Assembly: GCA_965140785.1 (NCBI GenBank) | Contig: OZ223519.1 | Location: 1 to 64,000 of the forward strand | Length of the DNA: 64,000 nt | DNA from: an uncultured Ruficoccus sp. | GTDB lineage: Bacteria; Verrucomicrobiota; Verrucomicrobiia; Opitutales; Cerasicoccaceae | Direction of reading: 5' to 3' | Shown: positions 48,375 through 58,274 of the stretch, in pieces | Position numbering within the stretch: position 1 is the first letter of the stretch | How the letters are laid out: the number at the start of each line of letters is the position of its first letter | Made by a program: the position numbers and the translations under genes | The notes under the pieces: model-generated | What the model was told of the DNA's origin: nothing | What the model saw: only the letters and a program-made list of their open reading frames with translations | Databases searched by the model: none

Positions 48375-51272
48375 ATGAACCGCTTTGTCTCCCACGCTTG
48401 TCCGCTTCTGCCGGTTGTTTTCGTCATGTTGACGTTGGGCAGCCTTGTCTCGCACGCCGAATGGTATTTTCGGGGAACCCCGAACGGCTGGGACGCCGCG
48501 CCGATGACCCAGGTGGATGCGACCACTTACGAGATCGTTCAGAGCTTTGACGGCGAGGACACCAACGCCCGTTTCAAGATCGACCGCAGCGGTGACTGGG
48601 CCGAGAGCTACCCGGCGGCGGACCGCGTGGTCGATGACCACAAGACCTACCGCATCACGTTTGACACGGTGTCCAAGTCCATCACGACCGAGGAGATTCT
48701 GCCGCAGCAGACGTGGTACTTTCGCGGCACGCCCAACGCCTGGAATACGGCGGCCATGACCTACCTCGGCGCGAACCTGTACGAGTACATCGCCACCTTC
48801 GGTGGCGAGGAGAGCCCGGCGCGGTTCCTCATCGACCATACGGGGGACTTCTCCGAGCGCTATCCCGCGCAGGACTATCCGGTGGACGATTATAAAACGT
48901 ACCGCATCCTTTTTAACCAAGCGACCCAGGCGATCACGACGGAAGAGATCTGGTTGCCCGACACGTGGTATTTCCGCGGGACACCCAACGCCTGGAACAT
49001 GGCCGAGATGACGCGCCTGTCCACCAATACCTACGAGTATATCGCCACCTTCGATGGCGAGGAGAGCCCGTCGCGGTTCCTCATTGACCACACAGGCGAT
49101 TTCTCTGAGCGCTATCCTGCGCAGACGGATGTCAACGTGACCGATCAACGTATTTACCGGATCACCTTCAACAGCGACACGAAGGCGATCACGACGGAGG
49201 AGCTGGGAGTGATTGAGCCCTGGTATTTTCGCGGCACACCCAACGCCTGGAACACGGCGCAGATGACGCATCTGGGCAACGGTTATTACGAGTACATCGC
49301 CACGTTTGACGGCGAGGAGAGCCCGGCGCGGTTCCTCATCGATCGTTATGGCGATTTCTCTGAGCGATACCCGGCGCAGGACTATCCCGTTCAGGATCAC
49401 AAGACCTACCGCATCCTCTTCGATATCCTGACCAAGACGATCACCGTGAGCGAACTCGGCGTGAGCGGCGGGGATTTTCGGGAGGAGACGATCTATTTCG
49501 TGATGACGACGCGTTTCTACGACGGCGACCCCTCCAACAACATGAAGTGCTGGGACGGCGGCCTGAACCCCAGTACGGATCCGGCCTGGCGGGGAGATTT
49601 CAAGGGGCTGATCGAAAAGCTCGACTACATTAAGGCACTCGGTTTCTCGGCTATCTGGATCACCCCGGTGGTGAAAAACGCCAGCGGCTATGATTACCAC
49701 GGCTATCATGCCATCGACCACAGCAAGGTGGATTTCCGCTACGAATCCGCGGGCGTGAGCTACCAGACCCTGATCGATGAAGTGCATGCGCGGGGGATGA
49801 AGCTCGTTCAGGACATCGTACTCAACCACAGTTGCAACTATGGCGAGGAAAACCTCTACCCACTCTTCCAGCGTTCGGAGACGATCAACTTCAATGAAAC
49901 CGCCGACAGCGCCGTCACCATCGACGATCCGATGGGAGTGCTGCCGCTGGACTACGCGAGCCTGGCTCCGAATAACCAGTACGGTGCCCGCATTGACGCT
50001 ATGAAGGAGGACGCCAACGATGTGGACTTTATCTACCATCACGAGAAATCGCTTCAGTGGGAGGGCTACACGGTGCAGACCGGACAGATCGCCGGTGACA
50101 CGGTTGATCTTAATACGGAAAATCCCGTGACGGCGCAGTACCTGATCGACGCGTATAACCAGTACATTGATATGGGCGTGGACGCGTTTCGCATCGACAC
50201 GGTGAAGCATATCTCGCGGCTGACGTTCAACAACACGTTTGTCCCGGCCTTCAAACAGCGCGGGGGCGAGGACTTTTTCATGTTCGGCGAGATCGCAAGC
50301 CGTTACCGCCAGGTTTGGAACAGTAACATCCCTGCCATCTCCACCCCGTTCTATACCTGGGCCGAGACCGTGTCCTATCCGTGGGGTACACGCACGCTTA
50401 ACGAAGCTTCCGTCTACCAGCACTGGCAGGACAACTCGACGGTGGACAACGAGCCGATGAGCAACAATCACCGGCTCCTCGGCAACGACTATCACACGCC
50501 GGACTATTCGCTGAACTCGGGGATGGCGGTGATCGACTTTCCCATGCACTGGAACTTCCAGTACGCGGCCGATGCCTTCGGCGTCGCGGTGGGCGGGGAC
50601 CTGTGGTACAACGACGCCACGTTCAATGTGACCTACGTGGACTCGCACGATTACGCCCCGGATGGCGCGCCGGAGAACCAGCGCTTCGCGCAGCCTCAGG
50701 ACAGCTGGGCGGAGAACCTGAGCCTGATGTTCACGTTCCGTGGCATCCCGTGCATTTACTACGGCAGTGAGATCGAGTTCCAGAAAGGCATGCCGATCGA
50801 TGTCGGGCCGAATCAGCCGCTCTCGCAGACCGGGCGGGCATACTACGGAGATCATCTGCAGGGCAGCGTGTCCGTGAGTGATTTCGGCCAGTACAGTAGC
50901 GCCAGCGGCGAGATGGCCACTACCCTCAGCCATCCGCTGGCTCAGCATATCCGCCGCCTGAACCAGATCCGGCGTGCCGTGCCGGCCTTGCAAAAGGGGC
51001 AGTACTCGACCGACGGCATCAGCGGGGGAATCGCTTTTAAGCGCAGGTACACGGATGCCGAGACGGATAGCTTTGTTTTGGTGGCGATCAGCGGCGGAGC
51101 GACCTTTAGCGGCATCCCCAACGGAACTTATGTGGACGCCATTACCGGGGATGTGCAGAATGTCGTAGCGGGTAGCTTGTCGGCCTCTGTCAGTGGCAAG
51201 GGCAATATGAAAGTTTATGTGCTCAATGGCCCCGGAAAGATCGGCGAAGACGGGACTTACCTCAAGCCGTAA
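48375..51272 (+). CDS. Secreted GH13 alpha-amylase with four N-terminal WYFRGTPN repeats
   Basis: GDFKGL, YHGYH, DIVLNH, FRIDTVKH, GEI, DSHD. Confidence 0.92.
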   Translation: MNRFVSHACPLLPVVFVMLTLGSLVSHAEWYFRGTPNGWDAAPMTQVDATTYEIVQSFDGEDTNARFKIDRSGDWAESYPAADRVVDDHKTYRITFDTVSKSITTEEILPQQTWYFRGTPNAWNTAAMTYLGANLYEYIATFGGEESPARFLIDHTGDFSERYPAQDYPVDDYKTYRILFNQATQAITTEEIWLPDTWYFRGTPNAWNMAEMTRLSTNTYEYIATFDGEESPSRFLIDHTGDFSERYPAQTDVNVTDQRIYRITFNSDTKAITTEELGVIEPWYFRGTPNAWNTAQMTHLGNGYYEYIATFDGEESPARFLIDRYGDFSERYPAQDYPVQDHKTYRILFDILTKTITVSELGVSGGDFREETIYFVMTTRFYDGDPSNNMKCWDGGLNPSTDPAWRGDFKGLIEKLDYIKALGFSAIWITPVVKNASGYDYHGYHAIDHSKVDFRYESAGVSYQTLIDEVHARGMKLVQDIVLNHSCNYGEENLYPLFQRSETINFNETADSAVTIDDPMGVLPLDYASLAPNNQYGARIDAMKEDANDVDFIYHHEKSLQWEGYTVQTGQIAGDTVDLNTENPVTAQYLIDAYNQYIDMGVDAFRIDTVKHISRLTFNNTFVPAFKQRGGEDFFMFGEIASRYRQVWNSNIPAISTPFYTWAETVSYPWGTRTLNEASVYQHWQDNSTVDNEPMSNNHRLLGNDYHTPDYSLNSGMAVIDFPMHWNFQYAADAFGVAVGGDLWYNDATFNVTYVDSHDYAPDGAPENQRFAQPQDSWAENLSLMFTFRGIPCIYYGSEIEFQKGMPIDVGPNQPLSQTGRAYYGDHLQGSVSVSDFGQYSSASGEMATTLSHPLAQHIRRLNQIRRAVPALQKGQYSTDGISGGIAFKRRYTDAETDSFVLVAISGGATFSGIPNGTYVDAITGDVQNVVAGSLSASVSGKGNMKVYVLNGPGKIGEDGTYLKP
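48461..49460 (+). repeat. Four ~253-bp intragenic tandem domain repeats
   Basis: Units begin near 48461, 48713, 48965 and 49221; units 2-4 are very similar at the DNA level. Confidence 0.9.
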
Positions 51273-51448
51273 GCTGTTGCTGATCGCGTACGCCACTTTT
51301 AGTATACATAATTATTATAAGTATGTAATTTCTGAGGAGATATCGATTTTGTGAAATATATTATATTATTAAAGTGTTGGTGAGGTGATCGGAAACGATG
51401 AAATATGTTATGTGACCTCTACCGGGCCTGATCGTTAAACGTGGACGG

Positions 51449-51895
51449 CTAGGCGGGGCTCCTGAACTACGACCACCGGGTACCGGACCCCGATGAGCCC
51501 CCAGAAAAAGGGAGGGAGAGCCCGAAGCAGCCTGAACCCCCATTAGTTAACAGCTTTTCAACCACCGGAGATTGCGGAGAAAATCTTCAACTTTCCGAAG
51601 AGTGCCATGCTTGGGCAGCCAAGATTTCCGTTCGGAAACTCTCCCCGCTTCCGATTGACTCCAGAGACCCGAGACCACGTTTGGCTCGGGATTTTTTATA
51701 TCCCGCTGTCAGCAAAGGCTTACGAAAGCCACCCACACGGGACCGCTCTTCCTCTCCCTGCCATCTGAGAAACTGGCCTGTTAAGCACTTTTCGCCCACC
51801 GGCCCCCAAATGGCTCTTATTCTCCGTTTCTCCGCCAGAGACGCAAAATAAGTTAACAAGGCGTCAGCCTCGCCCCGAGCCTGACTGTTTCGGAA
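51449..51895 (+). repeat. Long non-coding direct repeat, copy 2
   Basis: Colinear with 339-782; the terminal 60 bp are identical. Confidence 0.97.
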
Positions 51896-51960
51896 GCCAT
51901 TTTTTGTCGTTATCCAAAGGCGCTTGAAATCAACTGTTCTACAGAGTCCCCCGTGACAAG

Positions 51961-53046
51961 CTATCTCGATTTTATTGTTTTTCCATAGCGCCAATTTCCA
52001 CGAATCAACGTTTCGTGGAAGATCTCAGGCGGTCCAATTTGATTCGTTTGAAGCATGGTGATTAATTCGCGGAGTGCCTGGGCACCAATGTGACGCTTGT
52101 TCTGCCAGATTCCGGCCCAGTCCGCACAGTCGTCATCCAAGGCCAGTTGGGCGACACCAATATCATCGGGTACGCGTAATCCGAGTTCAATTAACCACTC
52201 TATTATACTCTGGTTCTGCACGACAATGGCGTCTGGATGCTCCTTTGCTATCCAGTCCCTGAGCATACCCAATGGCTTTGCGCGTAAATTTCCCTGATCT
52301 GGTTTCTGACTTTCCTCGGCAGCCCATTTGGAAAATTGAATTTCATTGGGAAGCCCCCAGATACTTTTGAAGGTTAAAGGCCGTACCTGCTCATGCTTGG
52401 GGAGGTCTTTTTGAAAGTAATGCAGGGCTGCCAAATAGGTGTTTTGGGAACGGCGGTTCTCAAGATTATGCATGAACAAGCCAATACGCCTATAGCCATT
52501 TCGACGTAATACTTTTAGGGCAAGCATTAGGTTGTAGTGATAAGAGGGTGCAACACGGTGAAGGCGGGGGGAATGAAGTGCGCTCTCAAGGGTGATGCCG
52601 CATAAGCGTTCCCAATCGAAGGCCAGGTGGGAGACGCCCAGGATAGTGGGAGCGGGCGTAATAATGACTCCACGAATGCCACGATTGATCAGTATCTGCG
52701 ACATCCTCTTTTCGGTCATGCCAGGCTCATACAGCCAGAAATCGTCCAGCCGGTATCCCAACGCTGCACACTCTTTTTGAGCCCCTTCCATGTAGGGGGT
52801 CAACCATTTGTAGTCCCGCCAATACCACCGTTCGGGGGAGGCGTTGAGCCAAGCAAGAGGCTCCAGATAACGCTTTTTTGCTGCGCGTACGCTCGCCATC
52901 ACTGCGGAAACACGTGGATCGGGGACATAACCCAATTCGGCCGCTTTTTTTCTGATGATAGCGGCGGTACTGGCTTTGACCTTGGGTGAGGAGCGCAGAG
53001 CGCAAGAGACGGTAATGCGTGAATAGCCAGTAGCTTCGGCAATGTC
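51961..53046 (-). pseudogene. LacI-family regulator whose start was removed by the adjacent IS3
   Basis: The frame continues upstream of 52935 as DIAEATGYSRITVSCALR...ELGYVPDP and is cut at the IS end (53047). Confidence 0.85.
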
Positions 53047-53054
53047 TGACCTGC

Positions 53055-54035
53055 CTACGCAAACTGTACCGCATTGAGAGTTAGTCTGAGCGGGTTAATG
53101 ATGTGATTTAGGGTTAGGTTGTAGAGGGTGTCAAGGCTTGGGCGCAAGGAGGGCGTAGCCCGAGTGTAGCCCATGCCTTGGAAGTTGATGTCGAAGGGGG
53201 TTGGTGCGGTTTCTTTGGCTGCAAACTCGAGCGGCGTGAGCAGTCCGAGTGAACGGTGGGGTCGGATGTTGTTGTACTTCCATCGCCAGTCCTCGATGAC
53301 GACGCGTGCCTCGGTGAGCGTATAAAACCACTCGCGGTTGAGGCACTCATCGCGGAGTCTGCCGTTGAAGGATTCTATGTAGCCGTTCTGCCAGGGACTG
53401 CCCGGCTCAATGTAGAGCGTCTTGATCTCCTCGTCCGCGTACCATTTACGCAGGCTCTTCTCGATAAACTCGCTGCCGTTGTCGCTACGGATGTGCTCGG
53501 GGCTGCCGTAGGCACTGATCAACTCGCTCATGACGGCTCGCACCTTGGCGGCGTTGAGGTGGCGATCGACGTGGATGCACAGGCACTCACGGGTGTACTC
53601 ATCGAGTACCGTGAGCATGCGGATTGATCCGCCCTTAGCCGTACGGTCGGCCACGAAGTCGCAGGTCCACACGTGGTTGCGATGAGTAGCCTTTGTCGGT
53701 AAGCCCGTCGAGGGGCCGCGCCGACGCTGACGAGGCTTCTTAGTCGGACACTTCAGCCCCATCTCCTGGCGCAGGCGCTGCACCAGCCGCTTACCTACGT
53801 CCCAACCATCGCGCTTGAGTAGATGAGTGATTTTCGGGTAACCCAGCTCGGGATGCGCTTCGCTCTTGCGACGCAAAGCCCCACGTAACTTTGCCAACCA
53901 GGGCGTAGTCTCCTTCGCCTGATAGCCGAAGGTACTGCGATGCAACCCAAAGTGACGGCAGGCCGCCCGCGCTGAACATCTGCCCTGCGACACCAGAGTT
54001 TGCGCCATCTCGCGCTTGTGTGCAGGGCTTACCAT
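53055..54035 (-). CDS. IS3 transposase OrfB (DDE)
   Basis: WTCDF, DEYTRE, SDNGSEF, PWQNGYIESFN, RPH. Confidence 0.93.
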   Translation of the reverse strand: MVSPAHKREMAQTLVSQGRCSARAACRHFGLHRSTFGYQAKETTPWLAKLRGALRRKSEAHPELGYPKITHLLKRDGWDVGKRLVQRLRQEMGLKCPTKKPRQRRRGPSTGLPTKATHRNHVWTCDFVADRTAKGGSIRMLTVLDEYTRECLCIHVDRHLNAAKVRAVMSELISAYGSPEHIRSDNGSEFIEKSLRKWYADEEIKTLYIEPGSPWQNGYIESFNGRLRDECLNREWFYTLTEARVVIEDWRWKYNNIRPHRSLGLLTPLEFAAKETAPTPFDINFQGMGYTRATPSLRPSLDTLYNLTLNHIINPLRLTLNAVQFA

Positions 54036-54295
54036 TTTTTTTCGAGCGCCTCCTTCAGCAGCTCCTTACCAAGTATCTCGTCCGCCAGCATACGCTTCAG
54101 CCGAGCGTTCTCCTTTTGCAGTTCCTTCAGTTGCTTGGCCTGATCGACTTCCAGCATCCCAAGCTCCCGCTTCCAGCGGTGAAACGTCTGCTCGCTGATC
54201 CCTGCCTCGCGGCAGACATCTACGATCGCTCTGCCAGCATCAGCGGCGCGTAAAATGCGGATCTTCTGTTCGGTACTGTATCGCTTGCCTTTCAT
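54029..54295 (-). CDS. IS3 transposase OrfA
   Basis: YSTEQKIRIL, VCREAGISEQTFHRWK, leucine zipper ENARLKRM. Confidence 0.93.
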   Translation of the reverse strand: MKGKRYSTEQKIRILRAADAGRAIVDVCREAGISEQTFHRWKRELGMLEVDQAKQLKELQKENARLKRMLADEILGKELLKEALEKKW

Positions 54296-54612
54296 CGTCT
54301 GAGTCCTTTCTAAGCACTCAGACTAACTTTGCAAGTGGCACAGTTTAAGTGGACACGGTCAATCCCGTTCGCCCCACATTTATGCGACCGGGTAAAAAGG
54401 AATGACCGAAGGTATCGCTCCTGGTGCGTTCGGAGTGGAGAGAAAATTAATATTTTATAAGTATGTTTGTCTGTCTGTCCCGTTGGCTGAGTCCCACGGT
54501 TTGGACCAATAGCTATGATAGGTTTCCGGTCGTTTGGTAGCCAAAAAACGTATACTTCCGGGACATCTTTACGATCTCGGATTCCAGCAAACGTTGTTTC
54601 TCGGGCAGGGGT

Positions 54613-55430
54613 TTGGGACGATCGACCTACCGTTACCAACCCAAGCCGCTACCCGAGAAGAAGCGACTGCTCGAGGCCGGTTGGAATGTGGGCAAGAAGC
54701 TGGTGCAACGCGTACGTCGGCAGGAGGGCCTGCAAGTGCCCGCCCCTAAACCGCGCACGCGTCGTCAGGGCTTGTCGACGGGACTGCCGCAGCAGGCTAC
54801 GCACCGCAACCACGTCTGGGCCTGGGACTTGTTTTCTTGTGATCATGTCGCGCTTCGCGCTCGGTAGTCTCTGGCCACACTCAGCGCGGCGGAGCCCTGC
54901 GCTGTTTTAACCTCATCGACGAGTTTACGCGGGTACCGAACTGAGGCGCAGCCTCGGTGACAAAGCGAAGCGTCCATGCCACTGCATCCATGCGGACCGC
55001 TCGCTCAAAGCCGACGATGTGCTCGCCGTGCTCAAGCGGGCGATCTCCACCCATGGTGCTCCCCAGTATATCCGCGCCGATAACGGGCCTGAGTTTATTG
55101 CCAGGCCGATCAAGCGCTGGCTGGCCGACAACCAGATCAAAACGCTCTATATTGATACGGGTTGCCCCTGGCAGAATGGCTACGTCGAGTCCTTCAACAG
55201 CCGCTTCCGGAAGGAGTGCCTGGATCGTGAACTGCTCTACACCCTCAGCGAATCACGCGTCGTCTTTGATGATTGGCGCAGCTACTACAACAACGAACGC
55301 CCTCATCGCTCTCTGGGCTTGCTCACACCAACTCAGTTTGCCAAACAACTAAACACAGGTTCCGGCTCCGTTCGGCCTACGGCCTCTCTACGCCAGAACC
55401 TCCAAAAACAAACTAACCAACAAAACAACC
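54613..55430 (+). pseudogene. Degenerate second IS3 OrfB
   Basis: RSTYRY, NHVWAWD, LIDEFTR, ADNGPEF, PWQNGYVESFN, with deletions and two short insertions. Confidence 0.85.
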
Positions 55431-55469
55431 ACACCTGCTTTCCTTGCCCCCAGAATCATGGCAGAAGTG

Positions 55470-55951
55470 TCGCGCCGATGAGAGTTATTTCGGCGGCACA
55501 CGCAAGGGCAAGCGAGGCCGTGGGGCGGCAGACAAGGTGGCTGTATTCGGCCTACTCAAGCGGGGTGGGAAGGTTTACACGGCGATTATCCCCAACTCGA
55601 AAACCGAAACGATCTTGCCGATCATCAAGCAGAAAGTTAAGCCAGACAGCATCGTTTACACCGATACCTTCCAGGCCTACAACGCCCTTGATGTTGGCGA
55701 CTTCCACCACATGCGAATCAACCGCTCAACCCTCTTTGCTGACAGACAAAACCATATCAACGGCGTCGAGAACTTTTGGAACCAGGCCAAGCGCAACATG
55801 CGCCGCTTCAACGGCATTAAACCCGACAACTTCTATTGGTTCTTCAAAGAGTGCGAATGGCGCTTCAACGCAGGTAACCACAAACAGCTCCTCAGACAGC
55901 TTAAACACTGGTATTCAGACGCAAAACACTGACCTTAGCTACTACAGCCCC
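55470..55951 (+). mobile_element. 5'-truncated IS1595-family (IS1016-like) element
   Basis: DESYFGG, KGKRGRGA, VFGLLKRGG, VYTD, HINGVENFW, ECEWRFN; the end reads GGGGCTGTAGTAG on the minus strand. Confidence 0.88.
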
Positions 55952-56169
55952 AAACTTTTTTGCACTACTTTCATCAGAGCCTGCATAGCTTTCATGAGCA
56001 GCGCCGTATCCGCTATGCCCGATGCCGATTGCTAGAGCCCGGCAGCCGTATTAAGTCTGTGGCGTACGAAATGGGCTTTCACGACCTGTCCAAATTCTCC
56101 AATTGGTTTAAACGTCTGGAGCAGGCTTCGCCTAGGGAGTACAGGCGAAAATCTATAGATGTCAGCTAA
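55952..56169 (+). pseudogene. AraC-family regulator C-terminal remnant
   Basis: IKSVAYEMGFHDLSKFSNWFKRLEQASPREYR; begins at the IS1595 end. Confidence 0.8.
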
Positions 56170-56276
56170 GAGTTACCCTTGATCGGTTTTATGCAAAAGT
56201 GTTAGTTGTTATAAATTAAGCTTCTACCCGCCAGAGTATCAAACGCAATGGTACGGTTCTAGGAGGTCACGCCAAT

Positions 56277-56669
56277 TCAATCGGGCGAGGCCTTTGAGGT
56301 AAGCGCACCCAATGCCCATGCTGAAAGAGCAGGCAACACCCATTGAGGAAGGATGTGAGCGTTCGTTAAGAGTTCGGCCAACATGGTGAGATTCTTGTCA
56401 CAAGACGTGACGGACCCAGCTAGTTTTTCCTTTAACTCCCCCAATTCCTTCGCCGCAAAAATCGTGGCGACGATCCAAGCATTCCAACCGAAAGCCCAAC
56501 GCATGGAAGCTCCAATAATAATATGAATCAGGGTGCCGATGATCAGGAACATGGCTTCAAGTATGCGAGTGGTGAGCTCGGCCACAACGAAGTCAGTCTG
56601 CACCAGAATGCCTATCTTTATGCTCAGTGTGCCTATCGCCAGGGGTATGGCTCTTTTTCCTTGGACCAT
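56277..56669 (-). CDS. Hypothetical membrane protein
   Basis: 130-aa hydrophobic ORF; no motif recognised. Confidence 0.4.
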   Translation of the reverse strand: MVQGKRAIPLAIGTLSIKIGILVQTDFVVAELTTRILEAMFLIIGTLIHIIIGASMRWAFGWNAWIVATIFAAKELGELKEKLAGSVTSCDKNLTMLAELLTNAHILPQWVLPALSAWALGALTSKASPD

Positions 56670-56720
56670 GCAATCCCAGGGGTGTAATCGGGAGAGTAAA
56701 TCTAAAAACTCGCAGCCGCT

Positions 56721-58106
56721 ATGGATGCCCCCAGGCCTAACTTACTCTTTGTATTCAGTGATCAGCACCGTTGGTGTGACCTGGGTTGCTACGGCAACCA
56801 GGAAGTCACCAGCCCGCATTTCGATGCTTTTGCCTCGGAGGGATTGCGTTTCGATAACTGCTATTCGCACTGTCCGCTGTGTGTGCCCGCCCGAGGTACT
56901 ATCTTGAGTTCCCTTCATGCGGTTCGGCATCGCGCGGCAGCGAACGATCTGCCCATCGATACCCGGCTAGAAAGTGTGGCTCACGTGCTGAACAGAGCGG
57001 GATATGAGAGTGGTTATGTAGGTAAGTGGCACCTCGGGGGCATTCCTCGAGATCAGGCAGTCCAGGCTGATCGCCGCTTGGGGTTTAAGCACTGGAAAGT
57101 CCGCCAGTGCAGCCATGATTACCTGGAGCCGGAGTATTATGATGAAAAGGATGTCCTCCACCGCTGCTCGGGCTACGAGCCTGCCATTCAGACCGATCTT
57201 GCGATGGCATTCATCCGGGAGCAAAAGGATAAGCCTTGGGGGCTCGTGCTGTCATGGGGTCCGCCACACGACCCATACGATGAGGTGCCGGGTAAGTATA
57301 AGGCGCTCTTTGATCCGGCCAGGCTTACCCTTCGCCCAAATGTCGCTGAGCGCGTAGAGCATTCCTACACCGGGCCCTTGGACCGCGACGACCTGCGCCG
57401 TGACTTGGCTGGTTACTATGCGCATATCGCAGCGCTTGACGAGCAGTTCGGCTGTTTGCTCCAGCACGTGAAGGATCTCGGGCTTTGGGAAAATACTATC
57501 ATCGTCTATACCAGTGATCACGGCGACCTGATGGGGAGTCATGGCATGGTCCAAAAGCAAATGCCTTACGAGGAATCCGCTCATATTCCTTTGCTCGTAG
57601 GCGGTGGACTTTCGCAATTGCGCCGGGGTAGATGCGTGGAGCTGATAGGCCTGGTTGATCTTTTTCCGACACTTCTCGGCGCACTTGGCTTGGCGTACGC
57701 ATCCGACATAGACGGTAGTGATTTAAGCCCGCTGCTTAGCCAGAGAGAGGCCAAAGGCAAGGAGGCTATCTATTTAAATAACCCGATTCCCTGCCACTTA
57801 GGAGCGGACCGTGGCGACGGCTCCTGGCGCGCGATCCGCAAGGGAAACCACTGTTATGCTATGGATTTGGATGATGGTCTCGACTGGTTCTTATACGACC
57901 TGCAAGAGGATCCCTTTCAACTCAATAACCTGCTGGGTTCGTCACCGCAGATGGATCAACTGGCTCGCGAACTGAGAGCCGAACTGCTTGAGATGGTTAA
58001 GCGCCATGATGCCCCGCTGCCATGGGAGAAACTGATCGAAAAATTCGATCTGGTGGACGCATGGAATACGAGCCAGCGCTACTTCAAGTTGCCGGAACTT
58101 CAGTAG
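56721..58106 (+). CDS. Formylglycine-dependent sulfatase
   Basis: PNLLFVFSDQ, CVPAR, GKWHL, PPHDP, SDHG. Confidence 0.93.
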   Translation: MDAPRPNLLFVFSDQHRWCDLGCYGNQEVTSPHFDAFASEGLRFDNCYSHCPLCVPARGTILSSLHAVRHRAAANDLPIDTRLESVAHVLNRAGYESGYVGKWHLGGIPRDQAVQADRRLGFKHWKVRQCSHDYLEPEYYDEKDVLHRCSGYEPAIQTDLAMAFIREQKDKPWGLVLSWGPPHDPYDEVPGKYKALFDPARLTLRPNVAERVEHSYTGPLDRDDLRRDLAGYYAHIAALDEQFGCLLQHVKDLGLWENTIIVYTSDHGDLMGSHGMVQKQMPYEESAHIPLLVGGGLSQLRRGRCVELIGLVDLFPTLLGALGLAYASDIDGSDLSPLLSQREAKGKEAIYLNNPIPCHLGADRGDGSWRAIRKGNHCYAMDLDDGLDWFLYDLQEDPFQLNNLLGSSPQMDQLARELRAELLEMVKRHDAPLPWEKLIEKFDLVDAWNTSQRYFKLPELQ

Positions 58107-58274
58107 CGCCCCATACCCTGGGCTGCTGAACTTTGTCCGACTATTGCCCGTATCTATGAAATAGGGGACGCTATTGCGTTTCTATGGCACTCTCGTGATA
58201 GCGTGGCGCGTTAAAATGCGATAAGATCGAATCCGTTTGGGCCATCTCATTCCGGATGACCGCTTATTGAATAA

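Larger units (their letters stand above)
53047..54361 (-). mobile_element. Complete IS3-family element (IS407-like)
   Basis: Imperfect ~44-bp terminal inverted repeats TGACC...AAACTGT...AGTTAGTCTGAG; orfA/orfB overlap with an A8 slippery run (54035-54042); no target duplication visible. Confidence 0.93.

Noticed and set aside
48461..49460. Tandem repeats as a CRISPR array or diversity-generating cassette
   Set aside because: In-frame protein domain repeats; no spacers, cas genes or reverse transcriptase in the window.
35611..51296. Very long antisense ORFs (35611-37806, 39318-41237, 42655-45795, 48351-51296)
   Set aside because: They mirror well-supported high-GC3 genes on the other strand and have no motifs; codon-bias shadows.
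51587..51994. 135-aa ORF across repeat copy 2
   Set aside because: No equivalent ORF in copy 1, and indels between the copies do not preserve frame.
55019..56035. 338-aa ORF as a novel fusion transposase
   Set aside because: Read-through of an IS3 remnant into an off-frame IS1595 sequence.
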